Shown piece by piece: positions 42,057 to 51,969 of a stretch of 64,000 nt of DNA (positions are counted from its first letter, which is position 1; each line of letters opens with the position of its first letter). The stretch spans positions 46,140 to 110,139 of the forward strand of contig JACKBK010000009.1 in NCBI GenBank assembly GCA_020634555.1, read 5' to 3'. The position numbers and the translations under genes are program-made. Below the pieces are notes generated by a model that had not been told where the DNA came from, did no database searches, and worked only from the letters and a program-made list of their open reading frames with translations. The DNA comes from Caldilineae bacterium. Lineage in GTDB: Bacteria > Chloroflexota > Anaerolineae > JAAEKA01.

Positions 42057-42127
42057 CCGCCCCGCTTTTGGCTCATCTGATATCAAGCAACACACAACGC
42101 CTGCAAGGCTACGTCGCAGGAGGACTA

Positions 42128-42688
42128 ATGGCAGCACAGCAGCAACGTGAACGAAGACGACAACCGCGAGGTCGTGAAGCCGAAGAGCGCGAGGAACTGG
42201 ACGAGCGTGTGGTACACCTGGCTCGTACAGCCAAGGTTGTCAAGGGCGGTCGCCGGTTTGCCTTCCGCGCCGTGGTCGTAGTTGGCGACAACAACGGCAG
42301 CGTCGGCGTCGGCGTCGGCAAAGCGCGCGAGGTACCTGAAGCGATCCGCAAGGGCAGCGAACGGGCGCGGCGCAACATGCGCAAGATACCGATGCAGGGG
42401 ACGACTATCCCGCATCAGGTGGTTGCCACCTACAGCGCGGCGCGCGTACTTCTCAAGCCGGCCTCGCCGGGCACCGGCGTGATCGCCGGCGGCGGCGTGC
42501 GCGCCGTGGTTGAGGCGGCCGGCATCAAGGACATCCTGACGAAATCGATGGGCAGCGCCAACATCTTGAATGTGGTTAAGGCAACCAATGTTGGCCTGCG
42601 TTCGCTGAAGAGCCCCGAAGAGGAGGCCCAGCGTCGCGGAAAGCCAATCGAAAGCATCATGCCCTTCTGGAGTCGAAATGCACAGTAA
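42128..42688 (+). CDS. rpsE: 30S ribosomal protein S5
   Basis: Start at the ATG at 42128 ([11 protein letters not shown]...) with AGGAGG upstream. [18 protein letters not shown]. Confidence 0.96.
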   Translation: MAAQQQRERRRQPRGREAEEREELDERVVHLARTAKVVKGGRRFAFRAVVVVGDNNGSVGVGVGKAREVPEAIRKGSERARRNMRKIPMQGTTIPHQVVATYSAARVLLKPASPGTGVIAGGGVRAVVEAAGIKDILTKSMGSANILNVVKATNVGLRSLKSPEEEAQRRGKPIESIMPFWSRNAQ

Positions 42689-42887
42689 GAACATCGATCC
42701 CAAGGCAAAGAAGGTGCGCATCACCTACGTCCGCAGCGTCATCGGGTACGACAAGACCCAGAAAGGGACGATCAAGGCGTTGGGATTGCGCAAGCTTGGC
42801 CAAACGGTCGAGCAGATCAATAACCCGGCGGTTCGTGGCATGATCGACAGTGTCGGCCACCTCGTCGAGGTTGAAGCCATCAAATAA
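42678..42887 (+). CDS. rpmD: 50S ribosomal protein L30
   Basis: 69 aa, [28 protein letters not shown]. Overlaps the rpsE end by 11 nt. Confidence 0.93.
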   Translation: MHSKNIDPKAKKVRITYVRSVIGYDKTQKGTIKALGLRKLGQTVEQINNPAVRGMIDSVGHLVEVEAIK

Positions 42888-43004
42888 GGTGCGTGCCAAG
42901 AAACACCTTAGCGGATTGGCCCGGTTGCCCCACTTCGGGGTGCAAGCAAGGACCGGTCAATGCGTGGGCTTGTTTCGAGGCAGGTACTCTAAAGGGAGTT
43001 GACT

Positions 43005-43454
43005 ATGCGTTTGCATGACCTGGGCCCGGCAGAAGGGTCAAAGAAGAGCCGCAAGCGCGTTGGCCGCGGCATCGCCGCTGGCCAGGGCAAGACCGCTGGC
43101 CGCGGCACCAAAGGACAAAACAGCCGTTCCGGCGGCGGCGTGCGCCCCTATTTCGAGGGTGGCCAGCTTCCGCTGGTGCGCCGCTTGCCGCACATGCGCG
43201 GGTTCACCAATATCTGGCGCGTGGAGTTCCGGCCAGTGAACCTGAATCGGCTGGCGGATTTCGCTGCTGACAGCGAGGTTTCCCCGGAAACTCTGGCGGC
43301 TGCCGGCATCATCAAGAAAGCCACGGATCGGGTGGCCATTCTGGCTGACGGTGACATCGATCGCCCGCTCAAGGTAAAGGCCCATCGTGTCTCCAAGAAC
43401 GCGCGGAGCAAGATCGAAGCTGCCGGCGGCGCTGTGGAGATCATCGAGGCATAA
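43005..43454 (+). CDS. rplO: 50S ribosomal protein L15
   Basis: [41 protein letters not shown] at 43005. Confidence 0.96.
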   Translation: MRLHDLGPAEGSKKSRKRVGRGIAAGQGKTAGRGTKGQNSRSGGGVRPYFEGGQLPLVRRLPHMRGFTNIWRVEFRPVNLNRLADFAADSEVSPETLAAAGIIKKATDRVAILADGDIDRPLKVKAHRVSKNARSKIEAAGGAVEIIEA

Positions 43455-43526
43455 TTCAGAGGCTTTGTCAGGACTTGTTCCTGGCATTGTCTGCTGCTGG
43501 CTCGATCCAGGAGGATAATACACACC

Positions 43527-44837
43527 ATGCTAACTGCTGTGCGCAATGCCATGCGCCTGCCAGACCTGCGGACCAAGATCCTGATTACGCTGGGCATTCT
43601 AGCGCTCTATCGGGCGGCGGCGGCTGTGCCGGTTCCGACGGTCAACTTGAGTGCCATGCAGTCGTTGTTTGAGAACAACGCGCTTCTTGGCTTCTTCGAT
43701 ATGTTGTCTGGCGGTGCTCTGAAGAACTTTTCGGTGATGGCGATGGGGGTGTATCCCTACATCACGGCCACCATTATCCTCCAGTTGCTGATCCCGATCA
43801 TTCCCGCGCTCGATGCCTTGAGCAAAGAAGGCGAGCAGGGGCGCCAGAAGATGAACCAGTATACGATCTGGCTCATGATCCCGCTGGCGGCTTTGCAGGC
43901 CTTCGGCCAGGCAACGATTATGCAGCGGGCAGGCGCACTGCCTGGCTTCGGGTTCTCCGCCGACACCTGGCTCAGCACTCTCACTATCATGGTGACACTG
44001 GTAGGTGGATCGATGTTCGCATTGTGGCTGGGTGAATTGATCTCCCAGCACGGCATCGGCAACGGTGTTTCTCTGATCATCTTCGGTGGCATCGTGTCCG
44101 AAATGCCGCGCAACATCGGCCAGTTGATTCAGACCCAGCAATGGATTATGTTGGGCATGTTCATCCTGATCACTATCGTGACGGTAGGGGTTATCGTCTA
44201 CGTGCAGGAAGGGCAGCGGCGAATTCCGGTGCAGTATGGCAAGCGCGTCCGGGCGATGCGCGGCAACCGGCTGATGGTGGTCGGAGGACAGAACACGTTT
44301 GTTCCGTTGCGGGTCAACTCGGCCGGCATGATCCCGCTGATTTTTGCGCAGAGCTTGTTGCTGTTTCCCAGCACCATCGCCAGCTACTTCGTGAGTCAGC
44401 CGGGCATCATCGGCTCGGTCGCGACCTTCATCTCGACCGCCTTTGCACCGACCAGCCCCTGGTACTGGATCCTGTATTTCCTGATGGTGATCGGGTTCAC
44501 CTACTTCTACACCGATGTGATCTTCCGGCAGCAGAATCTGGCCGAGACACTGCAGCGCCAGGGCGGCTTCATTCCTGGCATTCGGCCTGGCAAGCGTACT
44601 GAGGATTATCTCAACGCAGTCATGAGCCGCATCACATTGGTCGGCGCCCTGTTCCTGGGTATCATCGCGATCCTGCCCTGGTTGGTGAGCCTGGTTACAC
44701 GGCAGAACATGGCCTCCAACACGCAGTTGCTGATCTCCAGCGCCGGCTTGCTGATCGTGGTCGGTGTTGTGTTGGATACGATGAAACAACTCGAGGCGCA
44801 GTTGCTCATGCGTCACTACGAAGGGTTCATTCGCTAG
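43527..44837 (+). CDS. secY: Preprotein translocase subunit SecY
   Basis: 436 aa, multi-TM, canonical SecY motifs (GVYPYITATII, GNGVSLIIFGGIV). Confidence 0.98.
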   Translation: MLTAVRNAMRLPDLRTKILITLGILALYRAAAAVPVPTVNLSAMQSLFENNALLGFFDMLSGGALKNFSVMAMGVYPYITATIILQLLIPIIPALDALSKEGEQGRQKMNQYTIWLMIPLAALQAFGQATIMQRAGALPGFGFSADTWLSTLTIMVTLVGGSMFALWLGELISQHGIGNGVSLIIFGGIVSEMPRNIGQLIQTQQWIMLGMFILITIVTVGVIVYVQEGQRRIPVQYGKRVRAMRGNRLMVVGGQNTFVPLRVNSAGMIPLIFAQSLLLFPSTIASYFVSQPGIIGSVATFISTAFAPTSPWYWILYFLMVIGFTYFYTDVIFRQQNLAETLQRQGGFIPGIRPGKRTEDYLNAVMSRITLVGALFLGIIAILPWLVSLVTRQNMASNTQLLISSAGLLIVVGVVLDTMKQLEAQLLMRHYEGFIR

Positions 44838-44997
44838 TGTTAAGGTAGCTTCTTAGTTCTGCTGGGTTGTGGCCGGTTTTCGATTGAGCCAGAGCAACTC
44901 CGGTTAAATGAGAAGATACGTCGCAAGAGCCTGACGATCAACGTCTCGACCACTAGGACGAAATCATGGGTTCTCGCATTTCAGGGAGAGAGTGACA

Positions 44998-45669
44998 ATG
45001 GCGTCAGCGTATCCCGTTCATCTCGTGTTAGTAGGACCGCCAGGAGCCGGCAAAGGCACCCAGGCTGTCATGTTGGAAAGAGAACTTGGCCTGAAGCAGA
45101 TCTCCTCAGGAGACCTGTTTCGAGAGAACTTGAAAAACCAGACGGAGCTTGGTCAGCTTGCCCAGGCATACATGGATCGTGGCGAACTGGTGCCCGACAA
45201 CGTCACCATTGCCATGGTTGCTGAACGCATCCAGCGATCCGACTGCGCCAAGGGTGTCATCTTTGATGGCTTCCCGCGTACGTTGGAGCAGGCCAAGGCG
45301 CTGGATGAGATGCTGGCATTGCAAGACAGCGAAATCAGGCTGGTGCCTGCGCTGGTCAGTTCAGACGAGGTCGTCATCGACCGCATGACCGGACGACGCG
45401 TCTGTCGCAACTGCGGCGCGGTGTATCAAATCTCTTACAATCCGCCCAAGGTTGAGGGCGTTTGTGATGTCTGCAGCGGCGAGCTGTATCAGCGGTCTGA
45501 CGACTCGCCCGAGACGGTGCGCAACCGGCTTTACGTCTACTACAAGCAGACATCGCCGTTGATCGGTTACTACTTCGCCAAGAATCTGCTGGTCCGCGTC
45601 AATGCCGATCAGCCAATCGATGCGGTGAATCAGGCGATGCTGCAAGCGGTCAAAGTTGTGATAGAGTAA
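44998..45669 (+). CDS. adk: Adenylate kinase (Cys4 zinc lid)
   Basis: LVGPPGAGKGTQA. Lid CRNCGAVY...CDVCSG. Confidence 0.96.
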   Translation: MASAYPVHLVLVGPPGAGKGTQAVMLERELGLKQISSGDLFRENLKNQTELGQLAQAYMDRGELVPDNVTIAMVAERIQRSDCAKGVIFDGFPRTLEQAKALDEMLALQDSEIRLVPALVSSDEVVIDRMTGRRVCRNCGAVYQISYNPPKVEGVCDVCSGELYQRSDDSPETVRNRLYVYYKQTSPLIGYYFAKNLLVRVNADQPIDAVNQAMLQAVKVVIE

Positions 45670-45682
45670 CTGCCCTGAGTAG

Positions 45683-46525
45683 ATGCGTGATAGACTAGAG
45701 ATGTTGTTTTCGAGGCATACCAACGGAATTCGAATCAAGACTGCCCGTGAGCTTGATCTGATGCGCACAGCCGGCCGCATTGTGGCCGAAGTGCACGCCA
45801 AGATGAGCGAGATGGTGCAGCCAGGCGTCAGCACCGCGGATCTGGATGCGGCTGCCGAGGCGATCATTCGCGGGTACGATGCGATTCCTGCCTTTGTCAA
45901 CTATCCTAACGCCCGCCAAGGCGGCCCGGTGTTTCCGGCGACGCTTTGCACCTCTATCAACGAGGAGCTGGTGCATGGCATTCCCAGCCAGCAGCGGGTG
46001 CTGGCGGAAGGTGATATTATCAGCATCGATGTCGGCGTGATCTACAATGGCTATGTGGGCGATTCGGGCTGGACTTACCCGGTTGGCCAGGTGAGCGCCG
46101 AAGCGCAGCGGCTGCTGGAGACTACCGAAGGCAGTCTTTGGGCCGGCATCGCCCAGGCCAAAAGCAACAATCGCTTTGTGGATGTCTCACGGGCCGTTCA
46201 GGAATATGTCGAAGAACGCGGCTTTGCTGTCGTGCGAGAATATACCAGCCACGGTGTTGGCAGCAAGATGCACGAAGAACCGCAGATACTGAATTTCGTG
46301 CCGACCGACCGCCGCGATGCGGCGCGCAGCTATCCGGCCATGAACCGCAGGCTGGTGTCTGGCATGACCTTTGCGCTGGAGCCAATGGTTAACGCCGGCG
46401 TCTGGGAGACGCGGATCCACGACGATGAGTGGACGGTGTCAACAAAAGATGGCAGTCTGTCGGCGCATTTCGAACACACCATCGCCATCACCAATGGTGA
46501 GCCAGAGATATTGACAACGCTCTAG
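45683..46525 (+). CDS. map: Type I methionine aminopeptidase
   Basis: [40 protein letters not shown] and FEHT metal-ligand pattern. Start is 45683 or 45701. Confidence 0.95.
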   Translation: MRDRLEMLFSRHTNGIRIKTARELDLMRTAGRIVAEVHAKMSEMVQPGVSTADLDAAAEAIIRGYDAIPAFVNYPNARQGGPVFPATLCTSINEELVHGIPSQQRVLAEGDIISIDVGVIYNGYVGDSGWTYPVGQVSAEAQRLLETTEGSLWAGIAQAKSNNRFVDVSRAVQEYVEERGFAVVREYTSHGVGSKMHEEPQILNFVPTDRRDAARSYPAMNRRLVSGMTFALEPMVNAGVWETRIHDDEWTVSTKDGSLSAHFEHTIAITNGEPEILTTL

Positions 46526-46547
46526 TGCTGCAAAAGGAGTCCCAATC

Positions 46548-46661
46548 ATGAAGGTTAAGCCGTCGGTTAAGCGACGATGTGAAAACTGCAAAATCATCAA
46601 ACGCAGAGGCGTGGTGCGGGTCATCTGCACCAACCCCCGGCACAAGCAGCGCCAGGGATAG
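46548..46661 (+). CDS. rpmJ: 50S ribosomal protein L36
   Basis: Own translation gives [37 protein letters not shown]. Below the ORF-track size cutoff. AAGGAG upstream. Confidence 0.95.
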   Translation: MKVKPSVKRRCENCKIIKRRGVVRVICTNPRHKQRQG

Positions 46662-46794
46662 CAGACAGTGGACAGTAATCAGTAATCAGAAGACAAGTAG
46701 ACAGTGGATAATCGCCGCCGTCTTGCGAGCACTGATAACCGATAACTGCCTACTGATCACTGATTTGCAGCGACGAACAAGGAGCAGAGAGTAA

Positions 46795-47172
46795 ATGGCA
46801 CGTATTGCCGGAATTGACCTGCCCCGCGACAAGCGGGTTGTGATTGGACTGACCTATATCTTCGGGATCGGTCGGTCTACCAGCGCGCAGATTCTGCGCC
46901 AGCTTGATATTGATGAGAGCGTGCGAGTTCGCGACCTGACCGAGGCCGACGTGGCCAAGCTGCGCGAGACTATCGACCGGGAGCATCAGGTGGAAGGCGA
47001 TTTGCGCCGCGAGGTGAATATGAACATCAAGCGGCTGCAGGAGATCAACTGCTACCGCGGCATTCGCCATCGCCTGAACCTGCCGACGCGCGGCCAACGC
47101 ACGCGCACCAACGCACGCACACGGCGTGGCTCCCGTAAGACGGTGCCCGGCAAGAAGCGCGCACGCAAGTAA
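46795..47172 (+). CDS. rpsM: 30S ribosomal protein S13
   Basis: [15 protein letters not shown]... Confidence 0.98.
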   Translation: MARIAGIDLPRDKRVVIGLTYIFGIGRSTSAQILRQLDIDESVRVRDLTEADVAKLRETIDREHQVEGDLRREVNMNIKRLQEINCYRGIRHRLNLPTRGQRTRTNARTRRGSRKTVPGKKRARK

Positions 47173-47187
47173 CAGAGGAGATAGTCA

Positions 47188-47586
47188 ATGGGAAATCCAC
47201 GACGCACCGTTCGCCGCGGGCCGCGACGCGAGAAGCGCACTGTTCCCCATGGCCAGGCATTCATCCAGGCCAGCTTCAACAACACCATCGTTACCATCAC
47301 TGATCAGCAGGGTAACACGGTGGCCTGGAGCAGTTCCGGCAGTGTGGGCTTCAAAGGCTCACGCAAGAGCACACCCTACGCCGCACAATTGGCCGGCGTA
47401 TCGTCCGGCCGGCAGGCCATGGACATGGGAATGCGCGAGATCGATGTCTTCGTCAAGGGCCCCGGTCCTGGGCGCGAGTCGGCAATTCGATCGTTGCAGG
47501 CCGCCGGTTTGAAGGTGACAAGCATCACCGACATCACACCGCTGCCGCACAACGGGTGCCGCCCACCCAAGAAACGTCGCGTATAG
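47188..47586 (+). CDS. rpsK: 30S ribosomal protein S11
   Basis: [19 protein letters not shown]... Confidence 0.98.
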   Translation: MGNPRRTVRRGPRREKRTVPHGQAFIQASFNNTIVTITDQQGNTVAWSSSGSVGFKGSRKSTPYAAQLAGVSSGRQAMDMGMREIDVFVKGPGPGRESAIRSLQAAGLKVTSITDITPLPHNGCRPPKKRRV

Positions 47587-47599
47587 GTTCGTAGCAGCT

Positions 47600-47721
47600 A
47601 GCTGTTCAGCTTTTTTTACTATCTCATCATTCCCGCGGAGGTGGGAAGCCACTCGTCACGGGCGCTAGACTCCCGCCTTCGCGGGAGTGACGAAAAAGTG
47701 AACGTTGAGCGAGATAGTAAA
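47600..47721. repeat. Palindromic MITE/REP-like dispersed repeat, diverged copy between rpsK and rpsD
   Basis: CATCATTCCCGCGGAGGTGGGAAGCC...CTAGACTCCCGCCTTCGCGGGAGTGAC. Its own flanking inverted repeat is TTTACTATCTC / GAGATAGTAAA. Confidence 0.75.
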
Positions 47722-47812
47722 GGCTAAGTAGATATAAAGATTCGACCGTGAGAGGGACGAAGGTTGCCAAGCCGTAAACCTCTCCAAAACCAGAATCCAG
47801 GAGGATTAGAAT

Positions 47813-48448
47813 TTGGCACGTCACACGGATGCAGTATGCAGGCTTTGCCGACGCGAGGGTCAGAAGCTCTATCTTAAAGGCGATCGCTGCCTCTCGCCGA
47901 AGTGCGCCTTCGAGCGCCGGCCTTTCCCGCCAGGCATGCACGCACAAAAAAGACAGTTCCGGCGCACTTCAAGCGATTACTCGCAGCAGTTGCGCGAAAA
48001 GCAAAAAGTAAAGCGAATCTACGGCGTGATGGAGCGCCAGTTCCGTCGTTATTTCCGCTTCGCCCAGCGGTCCAAAGGACTCACCGGCGCCACCCTGTTG
48101 GTGGTATTGGAATCGCGCCTCGATAACGTCGTGTATCGGCTTGGTCTGGCGCAGTCACGACCCCAGGCGCGACAGATCGTTCGCCACGGGCACATCACCG
48201 TCAACGGCCGTAAGACCGACGTGCCGTCCTATCTTGTCAAGCCCAACGATGTGATCGCAGTGCGGCCGGAGAGCCGCAGCCGCGCCTACTTCCGCGGTCT
48301 GAGCGAGACCATGGGCGAACGGGCCGCGCCTGGTTGGCTGAGTATGGACGCGGCCGCGATGCAGGGGCGGGTTCTGGTCCGGCCCTCGCGCGATGACATC
48401 GATATTGCTGTCAACGAGCAGTTGGTCGTCGAGTTCTACAGCCGATAG
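47813..48448 (+). CDS. rpsD: 30S ribosomal protein S4 (Cys-rich N-terminus)
   Basis: [31 protein letters not shown]... TTG start with GGAGGA upstream. Confidence 0.97.
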   Translation: MARHTDAVCRLCRREGQKLYLKGDRCLSPKCAFERRPFPPGMHAQKRQFRRTSSDYSQQLREKQKVKRIYGVMERQFRRYFRFAQRSKGLTGATLLVVLESRLDNVVYRLGLAQSRPQARQIVRHGHITVNGRKTDVPSYLVKPNDVIAVRPESRSRAYFRGLSETMGERAAPGWLSMDAAAMQGRVLVRPSRDDIDIAVNEQLVVEFYSR

Positions 48449-48510
48449 CGCTGGCGCCTCGTGAGACGGCATTGTTAGCCGTCAGATCGGGGAGAAAAGG
48501 AAGGTGACCC

Positions 48511-49587
48511 TTGCTCAACCTTAGTATTGTATTACCAAAAATTGAATGCGAAGCCAAGTCGCAACAGTACGGCCGGTTTGTGATCGGTCCGCTGGAGAGC
48601 GGCTATGGTGTGACGCTTGGCAACGCGCTGCGCCGGGTCTTGCTGTCATCGCTGCCGGGCGCAGCGGTCACGTCGGTTCACATCGATGGCGTACACCACG
48701 AGTTCTCGACGATTCCGTTTGTGCGCGAGGACACCACGGCGTTCATCTTGAACGTTAAACAGCTGCGCGTTCGCTCGGTGACCGATGATCCGGTGCGAGC
48801 TGTGCTTCAGGTCAACGCCGAAGGTCCAGTCACTGCCGGCGACCTCCAGGTTCCACCTGAGATCGAGATAATCAACCCGGAATTGTTGCTGCTGAACGCA
48901 GACAGCAATGACGTTGATCTGTTTGTTGAGATGATCATCAGGCGCGGCCGCGGCTACTCACCGGCTGAGGAGCGCGGCAAACTGCCACTGGGCGAGATTC
49001 CGGTGGATGCGATCTACAACCCCGTGCGCCAGGCTTCTTTCCGTGTCGAGCGCGCCCGTATCGGCCAGCAGACCGACTATGACCGGTTGGTCATGGAGAT
49101 CTGGACCGATGGAGCGCTCAATCCCGAGGTTGCTCTCAGCGAGGCGGCCAAGCTGCTGGTGCAGCATTTGGTGCTTGTAGCCGGAGTTGAGGCCGTGGCG
49201 CTGCCAGAACAGCAGGTGGAGGAGGAACGCATTCCTTCCCACATCTACGACGTGCCAATCGAGGACCTGGAACTGTCGGTTCGGGCCTACAATTGTCTGA
49301 AGCGCGCCGGGATCGTTCTTGTTGGCGAGGTGATCGAGCGGCTGGAGCGCGGCCCCGAAGAGTTGCTCAGCATCCGCAACTTCGGCCAGAAATCGCTGGA
49401 CGAACTGATGGAACAGTTGGCTGTCAAAGGCTTCCTGGAACATGTGCGTTTGCCAGACCAACAGCTTGACGACGAGGTCGAACCCGAAGAAGAGTTAAGC
49501 GACGAAGACCTGGGCGACGACTCCAGCATCGACATTGACGTGGACGCCCTGTTGGCCGCGATGACCTCTGGCGGCGAAGCCAGCTAG
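48511..49587 (+). CDS. rpoA: DNA-directed RNA polymerase subunit alpha
   Basis: 358 aa, GNALRRVLLSSLPG. Alpha-CTD LELSVRAYNCLKRAGI...IRNFGQKSLDEL. TTG start. Confidence 0.97.
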   Translation: MLNLSIVLPKIECEAKSQQYGRFVIGPLESGYGVTLGNALRRVLLSSLPGAAVTSVHIDGVHHEFSTIPFVREDTTAFILNVKQLRVRSVTDDPVRAVLQVNAEGPVTAGDLQVPPEIEIINPELLLLNADSNDVDLFVEMIIRRGRGYSPAEERGKLPLGEIPVDAIYNPVRQASFRVERARIGQQTDYDRLVMEIWTDGALNPEVALSEAAKLLVQHLVLVAGVEAVALPEQQVEEERIPSHIYDVPIEDLELSVRAYNCLKRAGIVLVGEVIERLERGPEELLSIRNFGQKSLDELMEQLAVKGFLEHVRLPDQQLDDEVEPEEELSDEDLGDDSSIDIDVDALLAAMTSGGEAS

Positions 49588-49613
49588 CCTGACGACAAGT
49601 TCGGAGATACCCT

Positions 49614-49991
49614 ATGAGACACAGAAGGTCAGGGCGACGGTTGAGCCGCAGCAGCGGCCACCGCAAAGCCTTGTTTCGTAACCTAACTAAAGAACTGTTC
49701 GCCCACGAGGTGATCCACACCACCGAAGCCAAGGCCAAGGCGGTGCGGCCGCATGCCGAGAAGCTGATCACCCTGGCCAAGCGCGGCACTGCCGGGTCGC
49801 TCGAATACCAGATTCATACACGACGCCTGGCGCAAGCCCGCTTGAACGATCCAGAGGTCGTCAGGAAGCTGTTCGACGTGCTTGCACCGCGTTACGCCAC
49901 ACGTCCGGGCGGCTACGTTCGCATCACCAAGCTGGGCCAGCGCAAAGGCGACGGCGCCGAGATGGTCCAGATCGAACTGCTCGAGGAGTAG
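49614..49991 (+). CDS. rplQ: 50S ribosomal protein L17
   Basis: MRHRRSGRRLSRSSGHRKALFRNL... Confidence 0.97.
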   Translation: MRHRRSGRRLSRSSGHRKALFRNLTKELFAHEVIHTTEAKAKAVRPHAEKLITLAKRGTAGSLEYQIHTRRLAQARLNDPEVVRKLFDVLAPRYATRPGGYVRITKLGQRKGDGAEMVQIELLEE

Positions 49992-50769
49992 GCCAACGCT
50001 CGCCACTGCCGGACAACCGGACGACAAGGTTGTAACGCATTCCGTTCGCGCACTGGCCGAATACGACGGTACCGACTATCTGGGCTTCCAGGTGCAGCGA
50101 GATGCTCCCACTGTTCAGGGGACTCTCGAGCAGGCGTTGCAGCGGCTGACGGGTGAACCCACCCGCATCCGCTATGCCGGCCGCACCGATGCCGGCGTTC
50201 ATGCCAGCGGGCAGGTGATCGCGGCGGAGGCGCGTTGGCGACACAGCCTGGAAGATCTTGAGCGGGCCTGGAACGCGGTGTTGCCGCAGGATGTGGCCGT
50301 TCGGGAGTTGAAACAGGTCGACGATTCGACGTTTCATCCGCGTTACAGCGCACTGAGCCGGCTGTATCGCTACACAGTCTGGACAGCGCCGTGGCGGTCG
50401 CCCTTGCATCAACGTTACGCACATCACGAGCCGAGGCCGTTGGATGTGGTAGCGATGAACCGGGCGGCCAGCATTCTGACCGGCTCCCACGACTTCGCCA
50501 GCTTTGGCCAGCCAACCCAGGGCGAGGTGACAGTGCGCCGGGTTGACAGCGCCGAATGGCGGCAGGACGGACCGCTGCTGACCTTTGAGATCGAAGCCAA
50601 TGCTTTCTTGCGGCGCATGGTGCGCACGATCGTAGCAACGCTGTTGGAAGTTGGCGTCGGACGCCGTAGCGTGGCTGATGTGAGCGCAGTCCTGGCGGCC
50701 CGCGAGCGATCCAAAGCAGCGCCTCCCGCACCGGCATGTGGCCTTTGTCTGGTCGCAGTGACCTACTAA
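49882..50769 (+). CDS. truA: tRNA pseudouridine(38-40) synthase TruA; real start probably downstream of 49991
   Basis: EYDGTDYLGFQVQ, RYAGRTDAGVHASGQV (catalytic Asp) and FHPRYSA motifs. The only ATG/GTG/TTG in frame is the TTG at 49882, which would overlap rplQ by 110 nt. Confidence 0.8.
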   Translation: MHRVTPHVRAATFASPSWASAKATAPRWSRSNCSRSRPTLATAGQPDDKVVTHSVRALAEYDGTDYLGFQVQRDAPTVQGTLEQALQRLTGEPTRIRYAGRTDAGVHASGQVIAAEARWRHSLEDLERAWNAVLPQDVAVRELKQVDDSTFHPRYSALSRLYRYTVWTAPWRSPLHQRYAHHEPRPLDVVAMNRAASILTGSHDFASFGQPTQGEVTVRRVDSAEWRQDGPLLTFEIEANAFLRRMVRTIVATLLEVGVGRRSVADVSAVLAARERSKAAPPAPACGLCLVAVTY

Positions 50770-50777
50770 AGAAAAAG

Positions 50778-50885
50778 GTAACTACTTAGCTATCACTGTT
50801 GCGTCACTCCCGCGGAGGCGGGAGTCTAGTGCCCGTGAAGAGTAGATTCCCGTCTCCGCGGGAATGACGACGGGTAAGCAGTTAC
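50778..50885. repeat. Palindromic MITE/REP-like dispersed repeat between truA and rplM
   Basis: GTAACTACTTAGC...GTCACTCCCGCGGAGGCGGGAGTCTAG...GATTCCCGTCTCCGCGGGAATGAC...GTAAGCAGTTAC. Confidence 0.85.
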
Positions 50886-50908
50886 AGAGAAGTACCAGGA
50901 GACTTACA

Positions 50909-51337
50909 GTGAGAACTTATACACCCAAGGCTGAGGATATTCAGCGCGAGTGGTTCGTCATCGACGCATCAGGGCAGACCCTGGGGCGGCTGGCGTCCCA
51001 GATCTCCAGCGTTCTGCGCGGCAAGCATAAGCCGACCTACGCGCCTCACGTGGACTGCGGCGACTTTGTGGTTGTAGTCAACGCACACAAGATCCGCGTT
51101 ACGGGCCGCAAGCTGGATCAGAAATTCTATTATCGCCACTCAGGCTATCCCAGCGGATTGACGGCAGTCTCGCTGCGTGACCAGCTTGATCGTCATCCGG
51201 ATCGAGTGATTCGCCTGGCTGTGCGCGGTATGTTGCCCAAGAACCGGCTCGGCAGGCAGATGATCAAAAAGCTCAAGATCTATGCCGCGCCTGATCATCC
51301 GCATGAGGCACAGCAGCCCAAGCCGCTCCAGTTGTAG
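50909..51337 (+). CDS. rplM: 50S ribosomal protein L13
   Basis: GTG at 50909 ([20 protein letters not shown]...) with AGGAG 7 nt upstream. The track ATG at 50864 lies inside the repeat element. Confidence 0.95.
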   Translation: MRTYTPKAEDIQREWFVIDASGQTLGRLASQISSVLRGKHKPTYAPHVDCGDFVVVVNAHKIRVTGRKLDQKFYYRHSGYPSGLTAVSLRDQLDRHPDRVIRLAVRGMLPKNRLGRQMIKKLKIYAAPDHPHEAQQPKPLQL

Positions 51338-51351
51338 TCGGAGGACAATCA

Positions 51352-51786
51352 ATGTCAGAAAACGAAAAGTATTACCAGGGTCTTGGCCGGCGCAAGCGCG
51401 CCAGCGCCCGTGTACGAATGATGTCCGGCAGTGGCGCGATCACCGTCAACGATCTGCCTTTCGAGGCTTACTTCACGCGGTTGGCCGACCAGAAGGCGGT
51501 TCTTGAACCGCTGGAGATCACGGGGCTGCGTGATAGCTTCGACGTGTCGGTCAAGGTCATCGGCGGCGGCGTCAGCGGCCAGGCTGGAGCGACGCGCATG
51601 GGCATCGCGCGGGCGATTTGCCATCGCGACGAGGAACTGCCCGAGGCAGTGCCCGGCGTTGAGAGCCAGCGCCAGCGCCCAATCTTGCGCAAAGGCGGCT
51701 ATCTGACCCGCGACCCGCGCGAGAAGGAACGCAAGAAGCCCGGCCTCAAGCGGGCACGCAAGGCTCCTCAGTACACCAAGCGCTAA
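51352..51786 (+). CDS. rpsI: 30S ribosomal protein S9
   Basis: 144 aa, GGGVSGQAGATRMGIARA..., C-terminal KKPGLKRARKAPQYTKR. Carries a small internal insertion (EELPEAVPGVESQRQ). Confidence 0.96.
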   Translation: MSENEKYYQGLGRRKRASARVRMMSGSGAITVNDLPFEAYFTRLADQKAVLEPLEITGLRDSFDVSVKVIGGGVSGQAGATRMGIARAICHRDEELPEAVPGVESQRQRPILRKGGYLTRDPREKERKKPGLKRARKAPQYTKR

Positions 51787-51813
51787 AGCACGGTGTCTGG
51801 TTTTGATCACCTC

Positions 51814-51840
51814 ACAAGGGATGGCGACCCCATCCCTTGT
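51814..51840 (+). terminator. Intrinsic terminator after rpsI
   Basis: ACAAGGGATGG-CGACC-CCATCCCTTGT, followed by TTGCGTT. Confidence 0.6.
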
Positions 51841-51969
51841 TTGCGTTAAGATCCAGACTTCGAAAGTCGCCAGGCTGGCAACTGGCTCACTTGCGTGCTG
51901 AGGACCGGGTGTCCCAGCCAGTTGGCGACTTCCCAAGTCTTCCCAAACAGCTTCCAAACGAGGCAACCC

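Noticed and set aside
50864-50908. ATG at 50864 as the rplM start
   Set aside because: It lies inside the repeat element. The GTG at 50909 has a proper AGGAG and matches the usual L13 N-terminus.
51787-51969. Moco riboswitch upstream of mog
   Set aside because: The location is suggestive and the region is structured. However, I could not recognise the conserved Moco-motif core from memory. It is kept only as part of the palindrome-box finding.
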